Positions 9,546-16,715 of a DNA stretch of 54,185 nucleotides are shown piece after piece. A model generated the notes under the pieces. That model searched no databases. It was not told the origin of the DNA and saw only the letters and a list, made by a program, of their open reading frames with translations. This DNA comes from Eubacteriales bacterium (GTDB lineage: Bacteria > Bacillota > Clostridia > Oscillospirales > CAG-272), in NCBI GenBank assembly GCA_045596505.1, contig JAZOCO010000005.1, positions 1 through 54,185 on the forward strand, in the 5' to 3' direction. Position 1 is the stretch's first letter. Every line of letters begins with the position of its first letter. A program made the translations under genes and the position numbers.

Positions 9546-10114
9546 ACTTCTCTCTCTCTTTTTATTGCTTTTCGTGCCGCCTCGGTCATTAGATTCCCAA
9601 GGCGCACGTCGGGCTGCTCGGGGTGCTTTTTATAATAGCGCCTGAGGATCCCCCTCTCAAGCCTGCGCTTAAAGCGCGTAAATTTATCCCGCTTGTCTAA
9701 AATGGGCGGCACCAAAAACGCGCGTGCGCCAAGAAATCTTGCGCAGCATACGTCTGTAAAGATCTGGTCGCCCATAATTGCCGCGGTTTTCTTCGTGCCG
9801 CCAAGTGCCGCGATCAGTCGCCTCGCATGACGGGTCAGGGGTTTGTGCGCATCGTAACGGCAAGGAAGCCCCAGGTCGCTGTTAAAAAGCTCTACACGCG
9901 CCGCGTGATTGTTTGACAAAAATGCCACGGATATCCCCTCGCTTTTAAGCCCTTCAAGCCAATTTTTCAGCCCCTCGTCAGGCAGTGGCTGCTCGTAGGG
10001 TGCTAATGTATTATCGATATCAAGCAGCAGCACATTCACACCCTGCTCCTTTAAAAACGCCGCCGTTACCTCGAAATACGCACGAAACGTATGATGGGGT
10101 GAAAACAAAGACAT
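9542..10114 (-). CDS. YqeG-family HAD-IIIA phosphatase
   Basis: ATG at 10114 lies 8 nt after an AAAGGAG RBS. Motifs LLLDIDNTL and VAFLSNN. Confidence 0.75.
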   Translation of the reverse strand: MSLFSPHHTFRAYFEVTAAFLKEQGVNVLLLDIDNTLAPYEQPLPDEGLKNWLEGLKSEGISVAFLSNNHAARVELFNSDLGLPCRYDAHKPLTRHARRLIAALGGTKKTAAIMGDQIFTDVCCARFLGARAFLVPPILDKRDKFTRFKRRLERGILRRYYKKHPEQPDVRLGNLMTEAARKAIKREREV

Positions 10115-10256
10115 AGCCGCCACTCCTTTCACTTGATAGCACCTTATTATTTTAACACACCGTAAAGCTTTTGGCAAGTGCCGTTCTCAAAAAAGCGTGT
10201 GGATATGACAAACGGGGCACTTTTGCAAAAAAACCGCACTTTTTTTGAATTTTCTC

Positions 10257-10285
10257 TTGACAAACAGCCCTCGTTGTGGTATGAT
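10257..10285 (+). promoter_or_regulatory. Sigma-A type promoter of the tRNA cluster
   Basis: TTGACA (10257-10262), 17-nt spacer, TATGAT (10280-10285), about 28 nt upstream of tRNA-Gly. Confidence 0.65.
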
Positions 10286-10313
10286 TGTAAGGCAGTTTTG
10301 AAACGCGCCACAG

Positions 10314-10387
<74 letters not shown>

Positions 10388-10426
10388 GAGCCGTAAGAGA
10401 GTCGAGCACATAAGTCTTACGGATAC

Positions 10427-10503
10427 GCGCCTTTAGCTCAGCTGGATAGAGCAACTGCCTTCTAAGCAGTAGGTCGGGGGTTCGAGCCCCTCAAGGCGCG
10501 CCA
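10427..10503 (+). tRNA. tRNA-Arg (anticodon TCT)
   Basis: Acceptor GCGCCTT/AAGGCGC, D-arm AGCTCAGCTGGATAGAGC, anticodon loop CTTCTAA, T-arm GGTTCGAGCCC, CCA encoded. Confidence 0.9.
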
Positions 10504-10520
10504 CTGCAAAAATCAAATAT

Positions 10521-10598
10521 GGTGAGTGTAGCTCAGTTGGTTAGAGCGCCAGGTTGTGGCCCTGGAGGTCGTGGGTTCGACTCCCATCACCCACCCCA
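10521..10598 (+). tRNA. tRNA-His (anticodon GTG)
   Basis: Extra 5' G, D-arm AGCTCAGTTGGTTAGAGC, anticodon loop TTGTGGC, T-arm GGTTCGACTCC, CCA encoded. Confidence 0.85.
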
Positions 10599-10599
10599 G

Positions 10600-10637
10600 A
10601 AAACAAAGCACCCCCTTTGGGGGGTGTTTTGTTTTTT
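10600..10637 (+). terminator. Intrinsic terminator after the tRNA cluster
   Basis: AAAACAAAGCACCCCC TTT GGGGGGTGTTTTGTTTTTT. Confidence 0.8.
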
Positions 10638-10907
10638 CTTCTGGGGTTGGGTGGTAAGGGAGCGAACCCTCGCGCGCCGCACTATTTTTGCAATTTAAAC
10701 CATGCATACCGCGCGCGGCGGAAGAATGGCGATCCGCTTGCGGTGGCGTTGTCAAAACGCCAAGCCATTCTTCCTTGCTCGCACGCAGTGCGAGGAGGAT
10801 CGACATCCCATCACCCACCAGAGAAAAAGCCTTCGTTGTTTCTGCCCACATTTGCTTTTTTTGCTCCTTTATGCTATAATAAGTCCATTACAACAAAGGA
10901 GCGCCCT

Positions 10908-11819
10908 ATGCAAGACGTATATCGTGAGCCCTGCGGCTTACCGCCCGATACCATACGCCGCTACAATAATGACTTGGTGCGGCTTTTCAGTTTATATTTA
11001 AACCTTATGCCCGATGCGATCGACGGCAAGATGGTGGATGAACTTTCAAAAGACTGCCATATCTCGCGCGCCGAGGCTTACGCACAGTATCTTGCTGCTA
11101 TGGCAGGGCTTGACACGGCGGGACGCGACAAACAGTTCTTTCGCCACTGGCTACTCCCCGCCATTCACGAGCTTGACCCCGCCCCCTACACAAACGACCC
11201 TTATTTTAAAAATATTAAGATCCCCCACGACGTGCGCGGAAAATGGGAATTAAAGACCGAGCGCCTGCGTCCCCTTGAGGCGTTTGTTTGCAACGATTTC
11301 GTGGTGACAGATGACCGCCGCATGATCCCGCAGATCGGTTTTTTCAGAGAAGAATATCCCTTCCCCGCCGTGCTTGAAAACGGGCGCGAATGGATGACGC
11401 TCCAGCCAAACGAGATGGTGACCACCTATCCCGCCATTGACGCGGCACACGGCAGAGTTCTCACGTTTGGACTTGGGCTTGGCTATTTTGCCTACCACGC
11501 TGCCCTTAAGGAAAACGTGGAGAGCGTGACGGTGGTGGACTTAAGCGAGAATGTGATCGACCTCTTTAAGACCCATATCTTGCCCCAATTCCCCAACAAG
11601 GAGAAGCTCACCCTTGTCTGCGAGGATGCCTTTTCCTTTGCCGACACCAAAATGGCGGGGAACTTTGACTTTGTGTTTGCCGATATCTGGCACGACGCGG
11701 GGGACGGCAAGGAGCTTTACCTTAAAATGAAAGAATATGAGGCAAAGCACCCCGATATCGACTTCACCTTCTGGCTGGAGGACACTATCAAGTGCTATCT
11801 TGACGAGAGCCTTTGGTGA
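10908..11819 (+). CDS. Putative class I SAM-dependent methyltransferase / spermidine-synthase-like fold protein
   Basis: ATG at 10908 after an AAAGGA RBS and a TATAAT box at 10875. GxGxG-like VLTFGLGLGYF, acidic VVDLS and DFVFADIW motifs. The ORF-track start at 10554 runs through tRNA-His and is rejected. Confidence 0.5.
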   Translation: MQDVYREPCGLPPDTIRRYNNDLVRLFSLYLNLMPDAIDGKMVDELSKDCHISRAEAYAQYLAAMAGLDTAGRDKQFFRHWLLPAIHELDPAPYTNDPYFKNIKIPHDVRGKWELKTERLRPLEAFVCNDFVVTDDRRMIPQIGFFREEYPFPAVLENGREWMTLQPNEMVTTYPAIDAAHGRVLTFGLGLGYFAYHAALKENVESVTVVDLSENVIDLFKTHILPQFPNKEKLTLVCEDAFSFADTKMAGNFDFVFADIWHDAGDGKELYLKMKEYEAKHPDIDFTFWLEDTIKCYLDESLW

Positions 11820-11861
11820 CGATAAAAAACCAAAAAAATTCCAAAAAATGCTTGACACGAA

Positions 11862-11890
11862 AAAATTTGTGTGTTAAACTGTGATAAAGG
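11862..11890 (+). promoter_or_regulatory. Sigma-A type promoter of the T-box leader
   Basis: TTGACA (11862-11867), 17-nt spacer, TAAACT. Confidence 0.55.
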
Positions 11891-12160
11891 CAATGACCGA
11901 AAATCAGTACGCACGGACATTCCGCAAAGAGAGCTGCCGGGTGGTGTAAGGCAGCGGGGGTGCTGTGCCGAATACGTTTCGAGAGCCGCACACCCAAAGG
12001 CGCTTGCTCGGTAGGCTGTGTCGGGGGCGCCCGTTACAGCGCCGGGGCATGCTTGTGCCCAAAAGGCCGTTTTCCGCAAGGGGACGGTAAAATGAGGTGG
12101 TACCGCGTATCGCATTTGTGATCCGCCCTCAGCTTTTTTAAGCAGAGGGCGGTTTTTTTG
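11885..12160 (+). promoter_or_regulatory. T-box riboswitch leader, probable Tyr (UAC) specifier
   Basis: Contains all expected elements. K-turn (GGC-AAU-GA / GA-GCC), AGUA/GAA specifier loop with UAC at 11973-11975 followed by a purine, and AGAGA bulge. Also a distal loop GGUGGUG, F-box CCGTTA, T-box GGTGGTACCGCG (12096-12107), and terminator 12123-12152 plus T7. Confidence 0.85.
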
Positions 12161-12197
12161 TGCCTATCGTCCTCTCAAGCAAGAAAAGAAAGGATTG

Positions 12198-13853
12198 ATG
12201 ATCATGGCACCGCAAACAACTCTACTCACCACTACAACCACCACAAACGTGCTTGTCGCACTCCCCTTCATCCTGCTCTTTTTTGGGCTGATGATCTTTG
12301 TGGGCGTGTATTGCCGCCGAAACGCAACAGACGTTAACGGCTTCGTGCTGGGCGGGCGCAGCGTTGGCCCGTGGCTCACGGCATTTGCCTTTGGCACGTC
12401 TTATTTCTCCGCTGTGATCTTTGTGGGATACGCAGGACAATTTGGCTGGAACTTCGGTCTTGCCTCCACCTGGATCGGTCTTGGCAACGCCTTTATCGGG
12501 TCGCTGCTTGCATGGGTGATCCTCGGGCGTCGCACGCGCATTATGACGCAGGCGCTTGGCTCTCGCACCATGCCGGACTTTTTTGAAAAGCGCTATAAAT
12601 CACCCGCCTTGAAGATCGCCGCCTCGTTTATCGTATTCGTTTTCCTTATTCCCTACACCGCGTCGCTCTATAACGGGCTTTCCGGTCTTTTTAATTCGGC
12701 ATTCAGCGTCCCTTACTGGCTGGTCGTGGTGATCATGGCGGCGCTGACGGGCGTTTACGTCATTTTTGGCGGTTATATGGCAACTGCTGTGAACGATTTT
12801 ATCCAGGGTATTATTATGCTCGTGGGGATCGTGGCAGTGATCGCGGCGGTCCTCAATGCCAATGGCGGCGCAGGTGTGGCGATCCACAACCTCTCGCAGG
12901 TGCCCTCCACCTATCCCGAAACCGCAGGGCAAGCAGGCGCGTTTACCTCCTTCTTCGGCACGCAGCCGCTGTACCTCTTGATCGTGGTGCTCCTCACCTC
13001 CCTTGGCACGTGGGGTCTGCCGCAGATGGTTGGCAAATTCTACTCCATTAAAAACGAGGACGCCATCAAAAAGGGCACCATTATTTCAACTCTTTTTGCC
13101 GTCATCGTGGCGGGTGGCTGCTACTTTCTCGGTGGCTTCGGTAGACTTTACGCCACAAACCCCGCTATTTATAAAAACGGGATCGTCGGCGGCACGGTCT
13201 TAAACGACCGCATCGTGCCCACCATGCTCTCCACCCTCCCCGCCATTATCATCGCGCTGGTCATCGTGCTGGTGCTGTCAGCCTCAATGTCGACCCTCTC
13301 ATCCCTCGCCCTTACCTCCTCGTCTACCCTTGCGCTTGACGTGATCCTTCCCGTTATGAACAAAAAGAAGCAACGGCAAGCGAGCGAGAAAAAGTCGGTC
13401 TTTATCATGCGCCTCCTGATCGTTTTCTTCGTAGCACTTTCTGCGGTGATCGCGATCTTAAAGGACACCGTTTGGGCAGATTCCGTGTTTATCGCACAAA
13501 TGATGGGCGTTTCCTGGGGGGCGCTTGCGGGCGCGTTTCTCGCCCCCTTTCTCTACGGACTTTACAGCAAGCGCATCTCAAAGCCCGCCGTTGCCACCTG
13601 CTTTGTATTTGGCACGGGGCTTGAGATCGTACAGCTGCTCATCAGCATGAAGCTCTTTACGGTAAACGGCGGATTCCTTGGCTTTATCTTTAAAAACTCG
13701 CTCTACTCGGGTGTGTTTGCAATGCTCGCGGGCCTTGTGATCGTGCCGCTGGTCAGCGCCTTTACCCAAAAATGGGTGCCCGAGGAAGCGGACGAGATCT
13801 TCGGCTGCTTTGACCACTGCGTGACAACCGATATTACCGATTCTCTGGGATAA
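12198..13853 (+). CDS. Sodium:solute symporter (SSF) family transporter
   Basis: About 550 aa and 13 hydrophobic helices. SSF-like N-terminus GGRSVGPWLTAFAFGTSYFSAVIFVGYAG. Start is ambiguous among 12195 (TTG), 12198 and 12204 (ATG). Confidence 0.8.
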   Translation: MIMAPQTTLLTTTTTTNVLVALPFILLFFGLMIFVGVYCRRNATDVNGFVLGGRSVGPWLTAFAFGTSYFSAVIFVGYAGQFGWNFGLASTWIGLGNAFIGSLLAWVILGRRTRIMTQALGSRTMPDFFEKRYKSPALKIAASFIVFVFLIPYTASLYNGLSGLFNSAFSVPYWLVVVIMAALTGVYVIFGGYMATAVNDFIQGIIMLVGIVAVIAAVLNANGGAGVAIHNLSQVPSTYPETAGQAGAFTSFFGTQPLYLLIVVLLTSLGTWGLPQMVGKFYSIKNEDAIKKGTIISTLFAVIVAGGCYFLGGFGRLYATNPAIYKNGIVGGTVLNDRIVPTMLSTLPAIIIALVIVLVLSASMSTLSSLALTSSSTLALDVILPVMNKKKQRQASEKKSVFIMRLLIVFFVALSAVIAILKDTVWADSVFIAQMMGVSWGALAGAFLAPFLYGLYSKRISKPAVATCFVFGTGLEIVQLLISMKLFTVNGGFLGFIFKNSLYSGVFAMLAGLVIVPLVSAFTQKWVPEEADEIFGCFDHCVTTDITDSLG

Positions 13854-13870
13854 AAAAAGGAGATCTATCT

Positions 13871-14332
13871 ATGAAAAGGAAAGAACAAGCTATCGCGTAT
13901 TTCAAGGAAGGCTATAACTGTGCCCAATCCGTTTTCCTCACCTTTTGCGACCTCACGGGCTTTGATCAAAAAACGGCGCTGCGGCTTGCCGCCCCATTTG
14001 GCGGCGGTGTAGGCAGGCAGCGCGAGGTCTGCGGCGCGGTATCGGGTATGTGCTTGGTGGCAGGCGCACTTTACGGGTATGAAAATACCGCGGACAAGGC
14101 TGCCAAGGCCGCACACTATGAAACGATACAGGCGCTGTGTGCCGAATTCAGAGAGCGCGCGGGCGGCAGCATCATTTGCCGCGACCTACTGGGGGGCGAG
14201 GGCAAGGATACCGCACATACACCAAGCGAGCGCACCGAAGCATACTACAAAAAACGCCCCTGTGCCGAGCTGGTAGGCGAAGCGGCGGATATCCTTGAAA
14301 AATGGATCAAATCGCATCCCTTCTCAAAATAA
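13871..14332 (+). CDS. C_GCAxxG_C_C family protein
   Basis: 153 aa. Motifs YNCAQSV, CGAVSG, ICRDLL and PCAELV match the C-GCAxxG-C-C cysteine pattern. Starts 17 nt after the symporter with its own GGAG RBS. Confidence 0.8.
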   Translation: MKRKEQAIAYFKEGYNCAQSVFLTFCDLTGFDQKTALRLAAPFGGGVGRQREVCGAVSGMCLVAGALYGYENTADKAAKAAHYETIQALCAEFRERAGGSIICRDLLGGEGKDTAHTPSERTEAYYKKRPCAELVGEAADILEKWIKSHPFSK

Positions 14333-14336
14333 AATT

Positions 14337-14505
14337 GGGGGCTACGTCATTTACGCAGCCCCTGCGCAAAAAAAGGCGATGTAGGCTTTTTGACGCGCGG
14401 AAATTGCGATTTTTGCCCCTAAAACAGGCAAAAATTGCGGTGTTTAGCCGCAAAGCAAAAACGATGGGGGTGAGTCAAATGCAAAAATGCATTTGACTCA
14501 CCCCC
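14337..14505 (+). repeat. Structured intergenic repeat, copy 1 (about 170 nt), ending in a palindromic terminator hairpin
   Basis: Aligns by eye along its full length with 15754..15923 in the same orientation. The terminal hairpin GGGGGTGAGTCAAATGCA AAA TGCATTTGACTCACCCCC lies at 14466-14505. Confidence 0.8.
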
Positions 14506-14510
14506 TTCTT

Positions 14511-15107
14511 TTACTTATCAAAGGACGGATTGAACGCGTAGAAGTTTTTGCTGTCGAGATTATCCTGTGCAATACGCAGTGCATCGCCGAAGCGCTGATA
14601 GTGCACCAGCTCGCGCTGACGCAAATACTTGATCGGCTCGCGCACGTCGGGATCGTCTACCATACGCAAAATGTTGTCGTACGTCACGCGCGCCTTTTGC
14701 TCTGCCGCGAGGTCCTCGTTGAGGTCTGCAAGAACGTCGCCCTTCACACCCACGTATTTCATATCAAAGGGCACGCCTGAGGCGGCAACGGGATAAAGCC
14801 CTGCGGTATGATCCACGAAATAAATGTCCATACCTGCCTTTTTGATCTCCTCGGGGGAAAGCCCCTGGGTCAACTGGTAGAGAATAGCGGCGATCATTTC
14901 AAGATGCGCCAGCTCCTCCGTGCCCACGTCCGTTAAGATCCCCCGCACCTTGTCGTAGGGCATGCTGTATCTTTGATGCAAATACCGCATAGATGCGGCA
15001 AGCTCGCCATCAGGCCCGCCAAGCTGGCTGATGATGATCTTTGCATAGTTTGCATTGGAATTTTTGATCTTTACGGGAAATTGCAGCTTTTTATCATAGA
15101 TCCACAT
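14511..15107 (-). CDS. cotJC: Spore coat protein CotJC (manganese-catalase family)
   Basis: MWIYDKKLQFPVKI N-terminus, GGPDGELAASMRYLHQRY and EELAHLEMI di-iron/Mn motifs. Confidence 0.9.
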   Translation of the reverse strand: MWIYDKKLQFPVKIKNSNANYAKIIISQLGGPDGELAASMRYLHQRYSMPYDKVRGILTDVGTEELAHLEMIAAILYQLTQGLSPEEIKKAGMDIYFVDHTAGLYPVAASGVPFDMKYVGVKGDVLADLNEDLAAEQKARVTYDNILRMVDDPDVREPIKYLRQRELVHYQRFGDALRIAQDNLDSKNFYAFNPSFDK

Positions 15108-15108
15108 A

Positions 15109-15393
15109 TTAATTTGCCTCCCTTTCCCACGGCCACGGACCCTTTACCCATTTCCACTCATTGCCATCCACGTTGTCGTAGATTGTAAGAGGTCCGTATT
15201 CTCTCTTGTATTCCTCTTTTAAGGCGGCGAGGATCCTTCGATGCTGCTCGTAAAAGGCAAGCGCCTTTTGATTGGTGGGATACGCGTCAAGGTAAAGCGC
15301 GACCTCGTAAAGCGCAAAGTCCTCCGCCCTGATACGACGCAACAGGCTTCCTGCCCCGCCCATGCCTTGATTGCCATTCATCATATTGTTCAT
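15109..15393 (-). CDS. cotJB: Spore coat protein CotJB
   Basis: 94 aa. FALYEVALYLDAYP and FYEQH motifs. Sits between cotJA and cotJC. Confidence 0.85.
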   Translation of the reverse strand: MNNMMNGNQGMGGAGSLLRRIRAEDFALYEVALYLDAYPTNQKALAFYEQHRRILAALKEEYKREYGPLTIYDNVDGNEWKWVKGPWPWEREAN

Positions 15394-15653
15394 TTGAGCC
15401 TCCTTGCACCGTAAAACGGCTTCTCCAGCTCGCGGAAGATGGTGCCCGCCATAAGCCCCGCCTCGGGCTCATAGATGCCCTCAAAGACCTGACAGGGCGA
15501 ATAGACCATCGCAAGGCTTCTCCCGTCAAGGCACCCGTTTTCCGTGGGCGTAGCACCCTCTACAAGCCCCGGACCCACGCAGCCGCCGCGCGCACCCTCG
15601 GTTTCGCTCTCAAGAAAGCGAAACAGGGGATCGTTGTTATAGTTGCTGATCAC
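15390..15653 (-). CDS. cotJA: Spore coat-associated protein CotJA
   Basis: 87 aa. LAMVYSPCQVFEGIYEPEAGLMAGTIFRELEKPF matches the CotJA signature. Overlaps cotJB by 4 nt. Confidence 0.85.
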   Translation of the reverse strand: MISNYNNDPLFRFLESETEGARGGCVGPGLVEGATPTENGCLDGRSLAMVYSPCQVFEGIYEPEAGLMAGTIFRELEKPFYGARRLK

Positions 15654-15753
15654 AGTAATACTCCTTTATACCAAAAGCTACCTTGTAGCCTTGGAACTTG
15701 GGCTATCGTTGCCCATTTTCAGTATATGAAAAACACCGACATTTGTCGAAAAA

Positions 15754-15923
15754 GGGGCTGTGTCATTGGCGCAGCCCCTGCTCAAAAAAGCCGACGGTAG
15801 GCTTTTTTGAAGCGCGGAATTTGCGTGTTTTGACCGAGAAACGGTCAAAAATGATGGCGTTTAGCCATCAAGCAAAAACGACAGGGTGAGTACCAAATGC
15901 ATTTTTTGCATTTGACTCACCCC
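15754..15923 (+). repeat. Structured intergenic repeat, copy 2 (about 170 nt)
   Basis: Same module order as 14337..14505. Terminal hairpin GGGTGAGT..ACTCACCC at 15884-15923. Confidence 0.8.
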
Positions 15924-15945
15924 ATTTTATATTTGATATTTATTT

Positions 15946-16596
15946 TTATTCTAACTCTAATTTTTCGGCGTTGAGAAATTCGTGTGCGTCAATCAGGGAG
16001 TTTGCGGGCAGCGTTTTTGTCGCTCCGCATTTTTGGCAAGTGACTAAGACGCCCTCCCGCGTCACCTCGACGTCGTAGTCCCCCGATTCGCCCTCCTGCC
16101 TTTTGCAACGGCAATAGATCTTGCCCTCATCGTCAAGATCCCGAATAACAAACATCACAACATCCAGCACCTGCGGGTCGCTTACCAGCTCCTGTGCCTG
16201 CTCGTGCAGTGCCGAAAAATCGCCAATGCCGTTTTCCTCCATCAGATCAAGCAGCTCTAGCTCCGTACGCGCCAGCTCAGCCTTTACGTGATTGATCTCA
16301 CCCATCGCCGCGATATTAATGTCCGAATACGCGCAAGGAAGCACGAAAAGCTCCTCACCGAAAAAGATCTTTTCGCTCACGGTGTAGTGATGGGGCCTCG
16401 GGCAAATAATGCAAGGTACCGTCAGGCGCACCTTGCCCTCTCCTGCAGGCTCTACCTCCAGCACGCTTTTGCCACAGGTGCATTTCAGTCGCAGCATATT
16501 GCCCCGCAAATGAAAGGGGCTTACCGCGCTCATCACACCCGCCCCGCAATGGGGGCAGCGATATGCCACGGTGGTTTGTTTTGTGTTCAGTACCAT
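15946..16596 (-). CDS. Hypothetical protein with N- and C-terminal zinc-ribbon-like Cys pairs
   Basis: 216-aa ORF. Cys pairs CPHCG..CTCG, CIICP and CRCK..CQKCG. No family recognised. Confidence 0.6.
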   Translation of the reverse strand: MVLNTKQTTVAYRCPHCGAGVMSAVSPFHLRGNMLRLKCTCGKSVLEVEPAGEGKVRLTVPCIICPRPHHYTVSEKIFFGEELFVLPCAYSDINIAAMGEINHVKAELARTELELLDLMEENGIGDFSALHEQAQELVSDPQVLDVVMFVIRDLDDEGKIYCRCKRQEGESGDYDVEVTREGVLVTCQKCGATKTLPANSLIDAHEFLNAEKLELE

Positions 16597-16715
16597 ATAA
16601 GCTCCTTCTGCGGCGGCGCCGCCATCCGATTACAAGTAGTAGTATAGCCCGATTCTCTCGCCGCATACAAATGTCAAAGGACTGCCGCAACAAAAACGGC
16701 AGTCCTTTTATAAAA

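Noticed and set aside
10554-10907. N-terminal extension of the 421-aa ORF (10554..11819)
   Set aside because: The extension starts inside tRNA-His and reads through its terminator. A TATAAT box, an RBS and an ATG at 10908 give a sensible 303-aa protein.
15654-15753. Sigma-E/sigma-K type sporulation promoter upstream of cotJA
   Set aside because: A TCATATA-like element is present on the minus strand. The -10 region does not match CATACA-T convincingly, so the call cannot be supported without transcription start-site data.
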